DNA from: Cyanophora paradoxa CCMP329 | Taxonomy: Eukaryota > Plantae > Glaucophyta | Length of the DNA: 64,000 nt | Assembly (NCBI GenBank): GCA_004431415.1 | Contig: QPMI01000175.1 | Location: 1-64,000 of the forward strand | Reading direction: 5' to 3' | Shown: piece by piece, positions 45,340 to 58,500 of the stretch | How the letters are laid out: each line of letters starts with the position of its first letter | How positions within the stretch are numbered: the first letter of the stretch is position 1 | Translations under genes and position numbers: made by a program | The notes under the pieces: generated by a model | Told to the model about the DNA's origin: nothing | Databases searched by the model: none | What the model saw: only the letters and a program-made list of their open reading frames with translations

Positions 45340-48300
45340 CTACGAGGGGCTGAAGGTGTGCCGCCCGCTGATCCCGGGGGAGCTCGCGACGGAGCTGCCG
45401 CCGGTCCGTGCGGCCAGCGGCGCCTTGGCGATCAGGCCTGCGGGGCGGCTCAGGCGGGGCGGCGGCGAAAAGGCTCCCGGCGGGGATCGGACCCTCGATC
45501 TCGGACATGGAGGCCTCCCACTCGGCGCGGGTGCGGACGAGGCGCTCGTTGAGGCGCTCGAGGTTCTCGCGGAGCTCGGCCCCCGCCGCCGGCTGGCCCG
45601 AGGAGGCCGAGGGGGCGTCCATGGGCGAGTGGGGCATGCTCTGGCGGAAGGGGGCGGCGAGGGAGGAGGCGGGCCGCTGGAGGCGGGGCGTGGCGCCCGA
45701 GGAGGAGAAGGCGAGCGAGCGGGCCGTCTCCGGCACGAGGCGGGCGCTCCCCGTGGGCGTCCCCGCCGAGGGCGGGCCCGTCGCCGACCCCGCCCCCGCC
45801 ATCGAGAAGTGCCGGCTCAGCGTGCCCCCGAGCGACCCGCCCCGCGCCTGCGCCAGGATCGCCCCCGGCGGGGGGTACGCCGAGAGCCAGTCGACCGAGG
45901 CGCGGCCCGAGGCGGAGGGGGGGAGGAGGGGGGCCGCCCCCGCGGGGTTGCCGGCGGGGGACTGGGCGGACTGGGAGGGGGAGGCGCCGGGGGGCGGCGT
46001 GGGGGCGGCGAGGGGCCGGGCGGCGGCGGCGGCGAGGGCGCGCGCCGAGTCGAGGGCCCAGTTGGCCGGCGGCGTGCCCGGCACGCTGGCCGAGCGCTGG
46101 AGCGCATCGTCGGCGGCCGCGGCGGCGCCGGCGCCGGCGGAGGAGGCCGGCGAGAGGAGCGCCGCCGCGTGGGCGGCCCCCGCCCCCGCCACCCCCTTCA
46201 GCGCGGCCACCTGCCGCAGCAGCCGCCCGTTCTCCTCCTCCGCGCTCTTCACCTTCGCCTGCGGGGGTACAAGCGTCGGTCCCCCGCGCGCCGGCACGAA
46301 GCGGGAGGGGTGCAGCCGCACCTCGAGGCCGCGGATGCACTCGCGGAAGCGGCCGGCGGCCTCGCCCGCGGCCGCCAGGCTCTGGGGAGGAGGCATGCGG
46401 TCAGGAGGGGGGTGCAGCGTCGTTCGGACGAGCAGCAGAAGGGGGGTACCGCGAGGCGGAACCTGGAGAGCTCCTCCTCGAGCTGGGCCACCCGCTCGCC
46501 GCCGCTGTGGGGCCAGCGGCGTCAGGGCGGGTCGGGGGACAGGGATGGAGGAGGGGTACCGGGACGCGAGCTCGTGGAAGGATGTCGACTGCTGCTGCAT
46601 GCTGCGCGGCGGGGAACATGTCAGACCGAGAGGCGGGGAGAGGGGGCGAGCCCGTAATCGGAAAAGGCGAAGCGGAGGGGAGAGAAATTTGCCCCGGGCC
46701 CGGCCGCGGGATGCACGGCACTGCCGTAGCCTCCGGCGCCCCAGCCGGCCGGACCCGGGATGGCTCTAGCATACCACCTACGCCCCGGCGCGGCTTGGAT
46801 CGCGCGCGAAGCTATATAAGTATGCCACAGAAGCCGGCGAGAAGGGAAAAGCCGAGTGCGAAGCAGAGAAGCGGGAGGGAGAGAAATTTGCCCCGGGCCC
46901 GGCCGCGGGATGCACGGCACTGCCGTAGCCTCCGGCGCCCCAGCCGGCCGGACCCGGGATGGCTCTAGCATACCACCTACGCCCCGGCGCGGCTTGGATC
47001 GCGCGCGAAGCTATATAAGCATGCCCCAAAAGAAGAAGAGGAGGAGGAGAGGAGGGCAAGGGAAGAGGAAAGCGGAAGGGAAGGCGGCGACACGACACGA
47101 TGCGGGGCGGGGCGGGCCGGACGCGACGCACGTGGCGAGGTCCTTCTCGAGCTCGGCGACCTTCTCGCCGCCGCGCTGGGCGAGCACGCGGTACTGCTCC
47201 GCCTGCTGCATCGCCCTGCGCGAGGCGAGGCGAGGCGGGCTGAGCCGCGGGCGAGGCGAGGCGAGGTGGAAGGGGGAGGAGCGCACAGGCCGGCCTCCCG
47301 CTCCAGGCTCGCCACCCGCTCCGCCAGGCTGCGCGGGGGCCGGCCGGGTGAGGCGCGCGGCGGGGCGGGGCGGGGCGGGTTGCGGGATGCGGGGCGGCTG
47401 GCGCACCGGGCCTCCTGCTCGCGGGCGGCGGCGGCCTCGGCGCGAGCCGCGGCGGCCTCGGAGCGGGCGGCGGCCAGGTCGCTCCTCGCCGAGGCCGCCT
47501 CGCCGGCGCGCTCCTCGGCGACCCCGCGCGCCTGCTCCAGCCTGCGGGGCGCGCGCCTGCTCGGCGCGGGGGAGCAAGGCAAGGGCGCGCTGCGGGGGCG
47601 GGGGCGGGGGCGCACTCGGAGGAGAGGCGGGAGACCTCAGCGGCGAGGCGCGCCGACTCGCCTCTGTTGCCGGCCGCCTCGTGCTCGAGCTCCTTCATCC
47701 GCCCCTGCGCCGCCCCGAGGCTCGCCGCGGCGGGCGGGGCGGGCGGGGGCGCGGGGGCTCGCCTTGAGGCGGACGAGGTCGTCGAGGCGGGCCTGGACGC
47801 TGTCGCGCTGCTCCCGGAGCTCGCTGTTCTGCGCCGCCAGCACCTCCAGCTGCACCCGCAGCGACTGCCCCGCCACCGTCGGCCCCGGCTGCCCTGTCGG
47901 AGGACCCGGACGGACCTTGAGCTCGTCTTTGAGGGAGGCGGCCTCGCCCTGGGCCCGCGCGAGCTCCTCGCCCGACGCGTGCGCCGCCGCCGCCTGCAGC
48001 GGCAGCGAGCCCGCGCCCTGCCCGTACCCGCCCCCGCGCGCAGTCATCGCCTCCTCCACCGGGTTCAGGCGCCCCTCGGGGAACCGCGGGTCCTGCGGCG
48101 CCGCCCGCGTCAGGTGCCGCGGCGCGGCGCTGGCTCGACCACAAGGCGGGCCCGGCTTGCCTTGGCGGAGAGGCGCTGTTGCTTCTCCAGCTCGAGCTGC
48201 GTCTCCAGGCGCCGCATCTGGCGGCGCGGCGCGTCGGAAGGGGCCGTGCAAGTGTGTTGGGGAACCCCGGAGGCGGCCCCGGGCGGACCTTGTCGATGAG

Positions 48301-49518
48301 GGCCTGCCGCTCCGTCACGAAGCCGCGCCAGGCGTCGGCCGTGAGCTGCACGCCCCCGTTCCAGGACTCCTCCACCGCCACGCCCGGGATGGCGAGCGCC
48401 TTGCTGACGCCGGACGCGGCCGGCGGCGTCTCCGAGTCGGTGATCATGCGCCATATCGAGGAGAAGAAGCCGTCGTCCTTCTTCGGCTCCTCCTTCGGCT
48501 TGGGCACGGGCGCCATCCACTGCGCGCGCGAGGCCTCCGCCGCCGCCGCCAGCGTGGGGTTCGGCGGGGCCGTGATCGGGCCCACGGGCGAGCCGGCCGA
48601 CTGCACGATGGCGTTGTTCGAGGCGACGAGCGCGCTGCGCGGGCGGGCGGGGGTGAGAGGCCGGGCGCGCGCGCGGGGCGGGGCCGGGGGCGGGCTGCGG
48701 CGCGTGCGCACTCCTCGACGCTGCCGAGGCGCTGCTGGAGGGCGGAGCACTGGGAGCGGAGGTCGTCGCGGGCGGCGCAGGTGGCGGCCCAGGCGGTGGC
48801 GAGCCGCCGCGTGTCCTCCGCCTGCTCCCGCTGCAGCGCCTCCAACTCCCGGTCCACCTCGCGCTCCTGCGCCGCCAGGTCCAGCGCCCCGCCGCTCGCC
48901 GACCCGCGCGCCGTCGCCGATCGCCGCCGCTCCGCCAGCCCATCTGCCCGCGGGGGTCGGAAAGGCGCCGACTCGGCAGCGGGTGACGCGAGGCTCGGAG
49001 GAGCCGATGCGAACCCTTCGCGTGCCGCATGTTGCAGATGGTCGACGCGCGAACGCAGATGCGGAAGAGTGCGAGGATGAACGGGTCATCCGGCGGAATC
49101 TCGCGCGGCCGGGTCACGGGCGGCTGCGGCAGGGGTTGCTGCGGCTGCGCGAGAGGTTCAGGCGGGCCGTGGCGGAACAGCAGAACCAACGAACCGCGCT
49201 GCTCGTCAGCGAGAATATAGGGTTGCACGCGGCAAGCGAGAGAACGGAGTCCTCGAGCGGCAAAGGATCGAGAGTTGGCAGCGGCTGAGGTGCTGCCGCT
49301 GGAGACCAAGAAGGCTGCGCGATCGACTTTGATGGCCCATTCTGGGCGAGCGGCACGGGCGGCGGCGGCGGCGGTCCGGGTGGCGGTCCCGCGGGTGTCG
49401 CGGCCGGCAGATGCCCCCCTTCGTCGAAACCGTGCGAGTGTCCATCCGCTCGAGCGAGGAGGTTGAATGCTGCACCGAAGTGCATGCCGGGCTGCCCGGC
49501 ATGGCTCTGCGGGTTCAT
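45340..49518 (-). CDS. Hypothetical long coiled-coil protein, multi-exon; start approximate
   Basis: Many heptad exons (VDRELEALQREQAEDTRR, MRRLETQLELEKQQ, LRVQLEVLAAQNSELREQ, MAQLEEELSR, LRENLERLNERL) with short introns. Confidence 0.6.
46678..47019. repeat. Two identical 143-bp structured units (period 199) inside one unusually long intron
   Basis: 46678-46820 = 46877-47019, with dissimilar purine-rich linkers. Confidence 0.9.
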
Positions 49519-49861
49519 CGCGAAAGCTGTGCACTCCGCGAGCAAGCTGCTGGGTTTCTCACTCCGGCATCGAGGCCTATACTGCGGTACTGCTGTCAGC
49601 GCGTTCCAGGCTCCTGGGTAGGGGTACCGGTGTTTCGATCTTGCCTCTCGGCCGCCAGCCGGTCAAGCGAGGCGCTTGCCGTCGTCGGGTTCTACTGACA
49701 TGCAACATCAACAGCTCCCGCAGCAGCAAGATGCAAGCAGCCCAGCCCTGAACGCCTCAACCTCCGAGGTCAGGCCGCGCCCCCTGCTGTCAGGCTGCAA
49801 CGGCTGGCTCGGCGGATCCCGGCCTTGCTTGAATGCTCTGTGTAGTATTTGATACGGAGCC

Positions 49862-52203
49862 ATGCAAGCTGCGGTGCTTCCGGTGCCGGCGGGGCCAGAT
49901 AAGTTCTCGAGCTTAGCCTGGCCGCCCAGCGCCGAGGCGGGGGCGGAGCTCCAGTTGACGACGATCCGCGACCTCGAACTCGACCAGAAGGACTGCGACG
50001 CCTCGCAGCAGCCGGGCCCGCTGGCCGTGGATATCGATTTCAGGCCTCGAACGTCAACTCCCGCTGCGGCCGCCGCGGCCGCCGTTGCGCACGAGGAGGG
50101 GCTGCGGCGGCGGGCCCCTCCGCGAGCGAACACCACCCCCGTACGCGTCGGCGACTCGGACCGCCGGGGCGAGGCGCCGGCGCAGCGGGCACCGATATCG
50201 ATGGCGCCGGCGCTCTCGGCGGCGGAGGCGCGGGCGCTGGCGTCGGGGGCGAGGCCCCTCGAGGCGGCGCGCGGCGACCTCCGCATCGCCGACTTCCCTT
50301 TCATCCACGGCGCCCTCAAGGCCCGCCCCGGCCCCGCCCCGCCCGGCCCTTTCGCGGCGCTCTGACCCGCTCCGCCCCCCGGCCCCCCGCAGTTCTCTGG
50401 CCTTGTACCCCTCTCCAAGAGCTCCTCCATCAGCGGAGTCTACTACGTAGCGATGTATCTTCTCTCCGTGCGGCCTCCCCGCTCCGCTGTCAACCTCACG
50501 GGGCCGGCCGTCACGCGGGGCCGCGGCGGCAGGGCATCGCGCCGGTGACCTGGTGGCTCGTGTACGTCTGGATGGGTGAGCGAGGGCCCGTGGCGCCCTT
50601 TCCCGAGTGACCTAACCCACTGACCTGTGCCCTCCTTCCGCAGGGAAGCCGCTCCACATCACAGTGGGCGTCCTCGGGGTACGCACGCTCGGGGACAGGG
50701 GGGTACCGGAGCCCGCGCGTGACGCGCGGGCGCCCCGCGCAGAGCGCCTCGGTTCTGTGGAGCAACGCCTTCGCGGCGTACTACTTCCGGCAGCCGGCGC
50801 CGCACGTCGCCCTCGCCCTCTGCGCCCGCATGATCAGGCGCGGCCGCCCGTGGCTGCGCTTTTGAACCGCGCGCTGGCTTCCTCTGAAGCGCATTGCAGC
50901 GAGCGGCGGCGGGGTACGCTCCGGTCCGTCATGGGGACCGTCCACCGCCTCACGGCGTTCCAGTTCGGTGCGCGATCCGCAGCTGGCCCCCGCCGTTTCT
51001 CAGCGGCGCCTTCGAATTCACCCCTGCGCCTGCTCTCTCGGCGTCCGATCGCCCCCCCAGCCGCGTACTACGCCCTCATGGTCATCTGGTGGCTCTACAG
51101 CACGCAGCAGCTCTACGCCCAGTACCCCGCCGTGGTCCGGATCCCCTTTGCGAGCGCGCCCTGGCTGCATTGCTCGCGCACTCACTGCGCGGTCGCGGCG
51201 GCGGCGGCGGCGGGGGCCGGCAGGTGGCGGTGTCGCTGGCCGGGCACGCCCCGGGGGCCCTGGGACTCCTCATGTTCCTGCCCCTCCTCGCCCTGCAGAC
51301 CCAGCTCTTCGTCTGGTGCGAGCTCGCACATCGATCCTCCAGCTTATTAATATCAAACTCCACCAAGCTCCGGCTGACTTCGTAGCGTGACTCTTTCGCA
51401 GGTGCTTCGGGGAGATCGGGGAGGCCGTCCGAAGCGCCGAGTCGACGCCCGAGGAGGTCGAGGCGGCCCTCCAGAGGTCCTAGAGGCTGCGCGCCATCCT
51501 TGCGGGGCGCCGCGGTCGCCGGTTCGAATCCGGGGCGGGGCAGGTTCCCGGCCGTCGCGGAGCTCGTCGCCGCGACCGAGCGGCTCTGGCAGTGGCACTT
51601 CGCCCCCGTCACCGTGCGCCCGGCCGCAGCCGCAGCCCCCTCGAGCTCCGTTCGCTCGTCGACGCTCGCCTGCCTCGCCCGCCTCGCAGGCGATGGCGGG
51701 GTTCGAGGCCGTCTTCATCGCCTTCGCCTTCGCCGACTCGGGCTTCGACGCCGTCCTCTTCTGCTTCGCCGCCATCCTCCTCTCCCTGTCCGCCCGCCCG
51801 CACCCCCGCCCCGCCCCGCCCCGCCCCGCCCCGCCCTGGGCCTGCCCCGACTCGCCGCCCGCCCGCCGGCAGGTGCGTCCTCGCGCTCGCAGCGGTGGCG
51901 CGGGTGACGTCGGCGGCGGCCGGCGTGCGGGAGGCGGCCGGCAGGCGGCTCTGCCCGGGGGGGGCGCCCGGCAGCGGCCCGGGGGCGGGCGAGCGGGAGG
52001 CGCTGCAGGCCTTCCTCGCCTACTACGGGAGCCGCGAGCACGGCTTCCGCCTCCTCGGCGTCCTCGTCACCCCGTGCGCCGCCTGCCTCGCAGCGCCCCG
52101 GCTAGCCATGCGCTTGCGACCCAGCGCGACGGCGCTCGGGCGAACCTATTATAAGATTTTCGCTTCTTTAATTTTTGGGCCCCACTGGATCTGGCCCCGC
52201 TGA
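49862..52203 (+). CDS. Multi-pass membrane protein; candidate gustatory-receptor-like / DUF3537 7TM ion channel
   Basis: Soluble N-terminus, about 7 hydrophobic exons, and C-terminal LAAVARVTSAA...EREALQAFLAYYGSREHGFRLLGVLVTP...RTYYKIFASLIF. Confidence 0.55.
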
Positions 52204-52579
52204 CTCGGTGCCGGCGCGCGGGCAGCTCGCTCCTGGTGAGGGTGCTCTACGTCGGGGTCTCCCTCTCAAGCCTCCTGCTCCGCGAGGCCCTCCGGCGCTA
52301 GCTATAGCCCCCGGCCGTCGGCCCCGCCGCATTGGTGTTGTCGGAGGAGGGGCGAGCCGGTGTGCCCCGGCTCCGAATTCGAAGTCCTGCGAAGGCGTGG
52401 CGAATTCGGATTCATAGTATACGTGTAGTATATGCGCGAAACGTCGCAAAATCAAATTTTCGCAAAATTTCGCGCAATGGTTATTGTTTTCATGATCAAT
52501 TTCTAAATTATTCCGGATCCGTTTCTCAGATGACACTGACATCAGCTGATCAACTGTTTTATTTATCGTGGCATGATAG

Positions 52580-55500
52580 CTAGCTGTAGAGCGTTCCGGG
52601 ACATTTGGTTCCCGTGCTGGCGCCGACGGCCGGGCGCGGGCCGGCGGGAGGCCTAGGGCCGTCGGGAGGCAGGAGGGAGGGCGCGTGCTTCTCGATCTCC
52701 GCCAGCAGCACGTCCTTCCGCAGCGGCCTGGGGCCCGGCCGGGGCCGGGCGGCCGGTCAGGGCGGGCGGGCGGGGGCCCGGGCGCATGCGCACTTGACGA
52801 GGAAGCCGTCCATGCCGGCCTCCCGGCAGCGCTCCGCGATCGCCCCCGCCCCCACCGCGTTCGCCGTCTGCCCCGCCGAGGCTCGGCCCCCCGCCCGCCC
52901 GCCTCGCGCGAAGCTTTAGTTTGGAGAGCGCGCACGAGGGCGAGGATGGCGGAGGGCGGCCCGTTCGTGAGCCCGGCCGCCTCCTGCGAAAGACGTGCAT
53001 CACAACTCAAGCACGATATCGATATCAATGCATTCCAGCGCCGGCGCACCAGCTTCCGTATCTCCCGCGTGGCCTCCACGCCGCCCAGCACCGGCATCTG
53101 CGGGCGGCGTCAGACAAGGCGGCGGGTACCGGTGCCTCGTCTCTAGATCTGCGGCGGGCCTCGAGGTCCATGAGGACGAGGGGGAAGGGCGGGGCGCCGG
53201 CGGCCGCCCGCCCCCGCACCGCCTCCACCGCCTGCGCAATCAAGCTCGGGCCCGGGGGCGGGGCGGGGCGGGGCGGGGCGTGGGGGCACGGCGAGGCCGT
53301 GGACGGCGGGGGCGGAGGGGAGGCCGGCCTTGGCCAGCATCGCCGCCGCCACTTTCCGGCTGCCCCGCCGCCCTCAGCCGCGGCGAGGCGCGACGCGGGC
53401 GCCGGCGGCGGCCGCACTTCAGATCGACGTCGTCGACGACGCTGAGCGCGCGCGTTGGAGGGGGAGCGGGTGAGATCGAGCTAGAGGGGCGGGGGCAGCG
53501 GCAGGGCCGGCGGGCCGGGCGCGCACAGCACCGCGGGGGCCGCGGGGGCCGCGGGGGGCCTTGAGCTCGCGTCCGGCGGCGATGGCGCAAGTGGCGCACT
53601 CGACGGCAAAGCGGCCGGATGCGCTCCGGGCTCGGGGTGCGCGCTCGCGGCGGCCCCCGCGGCCGCATCCCCATGGCCAGCAACAGTCGCATGCGTAGCG
53701 TCACTCATGATCAATTTCGGAATGGACGCTGCAAGCGAAAACATCTCATGATCAGTCGGCGCGTAATATCTGTGTACGTGCAGTTGACAGTTTTTGCGAT
53801 CGCACTTTCTTGCAATTGGGGCTCCGGATCCTGCTTCAATTCATGATCATTTTCGCGGTTGCTCTCGCGGATTTGCGGGGCGGTCTCCTCCCCCGGGGTC
53901 GTGGCCGGAGTCTGCGAATTGGCGCGATCGGCCTGGAGCACCGACGTGCCCGCTTCCTCGAGCTCGTTCTTGTGCTGCGGATTCTCGCTCGCCGCGGCCG
54001 CGCCAGAAGTCTTGGCCAGATCCACATCTAGAGCCTGCACGCGCACTGTAAATTTCGATTTCGCGCCCGCGACATCGACCGAATTCGAGCTCGAAGCTTC
54101 GAATTCCGCGCGCGCGGGCGCACGGCGCGACGGAGGGCCGCGGCGGCGGCGCGGAGGGCGGCCTCGAGGCGGTGCAGGCGGACGGGCTTCGCGAGGCGGG
54201 CCGAGTGCACGGCGGCGCGCTCCAACGTTGGCGCCGGGGCGTGGTCAGCCGGGGGGCCCGCAGCCGCGATGTCGACGGCGCTCGAGGTCCTGCTCGAGGG
54301 CGCGATCGAGCCCTCCCGGGAGCGCTTCCTTGCGCGCGCCCGCGACACGGCCGCCGACAGCCGGACAAGCGCGAACGCCCTCCTGCGAGCAATTCGCAAT
54401 CGCATGATTCGAAAATTGCAATACAATCGATATCATGCATGCACATGTGCGAGAAAAATCGAAATCGCGAATTTCAATTGCGGAGCGACGCACCCTCGCG
54501 GATTGCAGCGGGAATCGATGTCCGCGTCTGACAGAGAGGCGTCGGCGAGCAGCGCGAGGGGAGCGTCCCGCGAGCGGCCCCCGACGTCGAGTGCGGCCGG
54601 GTCGGTCTCGCAGGGCCAGCCGAGGGCCCGGGCGTAGGACCGGAGGATGGCGGCGACGGCGGGGTCGGGGTGGAGGACCAGGACCAGGACCCGCATCTGC
54701 AGCTGACCGCGGCGGCTCCAGTCAGCTAGCGCTGCGCGGCGATCGCGATCTCGAGTCGAACAACGGGGAGAGACCGGTGGGGGAGTGCCAGGGCCGGCGT
54801 CGAGGTCGCGACCGGCTTCGCCAGCGTGGACCGGAGTCGCCGCAGCATCCGCGGCCGGGCTCGCCGCACACGAGCTCGAGGGGACCGGTCTCCAGTCGTA
54901 CGGGGCGGAGGCGGCGGCGAGGCCTCCGAGCGAAGGGACCTCCGCCGGACCCGCCAGCGGCTGCTCCCGATATCGATCGCCGAAGTCAACATTTAAATCG
55001 AAGCCATCGCGTTCGAATTCGAATTCGAATTCGAATTCGGATTCGAATTCAGCGCTTGCAATTGCGCCCGTGTAATCTAAATCTGTATGGTTCGCTCACC
55101 TGCAGTTTCTCGAAATCTCGCTCGGTTGCAGCTCCCGCATCAGCTCCCGGTGCGCTTTCGAATTCATGATCAAGCTCGGCAGGCTGCAGTTCAGCGGTCG
55201 CGCACGCCGACTCCAGCCGAGGCAGTGATACCTACGCCGTCGCATCTCTTAGACGGTTGCGTGCTTTAATTTCGGCGTGCGCAAACGGACAGATCGCAGG
55301 GGGAACAGACACGCGTGCCTCGAAAAAGAAAGTGCTGCCGTGGCCTGGCTGCGAGGTGACGCCGATCGATCCGCCCATCATCTCGACCAGCCGCTTCGAC
55401 ACGGCGAGCCCCTGCAAATTCGAACGATAACACGGCTACGGATTAAACGTTGAGGGAACTGTATATTTAATTATACAGATGAAAACAGAGCGCACCATTC

Positions 55501-58500
55501 CCGTCCCTCCAAAAAGGCGAGTAATGCTCTGGTCGGCCTATCGAGAAGATATCGATGTTCGATTATTGGTCTTCCTTCGGAGCGCGCCTAAACCGTATAC
55601 ATATATAATTGTATAAAAGCGCGCCTGAACGTAATCCTTGAAGATTCGGTGCAGCCCCTCCCTGCGCATATGCATGCCGCGCGGCATTAATATTCGCGTA
55701 AGAGCGCTTGTCGCCCGGCATTCGCGTAAGATCGACATCGCTTGCGGGCGACTCGAGACGTGCGCCGGCCGCGGCAGGAATCAATATTAATACTCGAATG
55801 CATGCGCACTCTGCGATTCCAGGGCCCGTGTCCGTCACCGAGACGCGGAAGGAGACCTGCAGCCGCACGCGCGAATTAGTTATAAAAACAATTATATATA
55901 TTTATGTGCCGAGGCAGATTTTAGAGCAGCTCATGATCAGCAGTTGCGTCGCCAACGAACGTCAACAGGAATCTTGTTTATAATTACGTTCAAATTATAT
56001 ATTTTATACTTAAGCGCACTCGCACCTGCTCCGAGCTGACGGAGAGGACGGAGACCGACACGATGACGTGCCCCTTGTGCGTGAACTGCGCATTCAGAGA
56101 TGCGACGTGAGCTTGCAATCGCGCTTCCTTTGTGAAATACAAGCTCGAGCTCGATCTGTACAAGTAGCAGACCTTCACCCCGTTGAAGGTGAGATTGGTC
56201 ACGATCTGCTTCAACCTGCGCACATGCACATGCGTGCGCTCAGCCCCGCTCTCACCGAGCATGCGCGAGCCGCGACAAAAGCTCGCTGCCCGGTGGCTGC
56301 CGCTGCCGCTCGCCTGCAGGGGTCGCCGAGGAGCGGGAGGGGCCCGGGGGCGCCAGAGTCGGACCCGCGGGGGTCGCCGGCGCCCTCGCCCTCGCATCCG
56401 CCCTCGCCCGCCGCGCCCTCGCGCCAGCGCCAGTGCGGGGGCACGTGGGCCGCCAGCTCCACGCCCTTCGCGAACGCCGCCGGCGCCACCGCCTGCACAG
56501 AGCGGCGCGGGATCGCACGAGGCGGCGCCGGCCCCGCAGAGTCGGAGGCCGGCCTCACCTCGACGACCTCCTCGACGACGCCCCGCAGGTCGAAGGGGAT
56601 GGACTCGAGGACCAGCTTGCCCGCCTGCGCGGCACTCGAGCTCGTCTTCTAAATAAAAGCGCCTTCGCGTTTCGCACGCATGCGCACCTCGATTTTGTGA
56701 AGCTGCAGGAGCGCGAAAAGAGGAGATGATTGTGACGCGTTTCAGTTCTCTGATATTTAGATTTCTAGATCCCGTTTATGGCGGCGTCGGAACATCGATC
56801 ACTTCACACGCACATCAAGCAGGTCGTTTACGATTACCAGCATCTTTGCACGATAAAGAGCACGCGTTCAGAAATACAGCGCAGGTCGGCGCTCAGCATA
56901 TGCAAGCGGGGTTAGCACACTTGCTCAGATGAGATTCGCATCGAATCCAGAAGATCGCGCTGTGCACCGAATTCAAGAGGTGCGATGGCGCGCGCGCACG
57001 ATTGCTGGATGCAATTCTGACAAATCGAAAGGAGATATTAATATTAACTCACCTGCTCCTCATTAAGGGGGGTGTCTTCGAGGAGCTCGCCCATCCCCAG
57101 CACTCCATTCAGCGGCCTGCGCAACGATTCAAAGATGGAGCGTCGCATTAGACGCGCCCATGGCCAGCCGCCTTTCGCGGGGCTTGAGTGTGAGATCTAG
57201 ACTTCGAATTTCGCGGAGAGCTTGATCATGATCTGCGAGGGAAGCTTTAAATTAAAAGCGCACGTTCTCAGCTCGTGGACGGTGTAGGCGAGAAACCGGT
57301 TCCTCGTCTGCGAAAAAAACACATAAGCCCTAGGTCCTATCGAAAGGAAGGCATCCCTATCGGTACCTCGTTGACAGCGTCGGCCTCGATGCGCCGGCGC
57401 TGCTCGGTCACGTCCTGCCCGACGATGATCGCCCCGACCGCGTCCCCGCGCGCGTTGCGGCGCGCCGTCGCGCTGATGAGCAGCCGCAGAGGCCCCGCAT
57501 GGTACGTTTCCTTGATCTTGGCGAAAGAATCTTCCACCGAACGCCGAGGGGGCTGTTCGAACGCCGGCATCGTTTGTAATTGATATATCGATCATGTTCA
57601 CGATTAAAATCGTCGAAAACCATAATTATGAAGCCTTGTATACGTATTACCCGGCCCCCGCACCTGGACGGTGAGAGTGATTTCCATCGGCTCGTCGGGG
57701 CCCTCCATGTCCTCATTAGAGTTGTTCATAGCCTGTAGAACATGCATATGTTTATATGTTCGATGAAGAAATTCGATCGCGATCACCGCAAATGGAATAT
57801 ATATATAGACGTCGCGACCGCACCCTTAAAACCAGAGAGCTTGCGGCGCCCCGGTCGGCATCCGCGACAAGGTCCAAGAAGGGTTTCCCGATGACAGCGG
57901 CCTGCGCATGCGCGCGTCGATCTCCGAGTCAGCGCTCTAGCTAGCGGCAGCGATTTGACGTAGCAGTTTCAAGCTAGATATAGATCCAGATCGGCGCGGG
58001 GGCGGGCAGGACCTCAGAGAGGCCGGTGACGCGGGCGGCGGCGCGGTTCCAGCCGGTCACGTGGAGCGCCGTGTCCACAGAGACGAAGGGGCACGCCGCG
58101 TTGTCCACGACCCGCTGCAGCTCGTCCCGCGTGATCCGCGCGCTCAACTGCGGCGGCGGCCGCGGTTCATATTTCGAATTTCCACGCTCGCAAATGTTAA
58201 TATCAGCGTCTCATTCAATATTAATATTCGATTTCCGACGCACCTCGCTCTGGATCAGTGCGGTCTCCATTGCCTGGCGCATCGTTAGGGTCCGAGCTCG
58301 ATCGCGAGGTCACGCGTCTTCGAATTCGGCTGCATGCGCAGGTATATCGATGTTCTCGCGCCGCGGACCTTGCGCTGCGAGATGTCGCGCACGATGAGGA
58401 CGCGCAGGGTCTGGTCCTCGTGCGCCATCCAGCCGACGGAGATCTCCACCGGGATGGCCTGCGAGCAGTAGAGACCCTGCTCGGGGATTCATCTCCGATG

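Noticed and set aside
51521-51532. B-box-like GGTTCGAATCC suggesting a tRNA
   Set aside because: It is an isolated motif inside a short intron with no cloverleaf or terminator.
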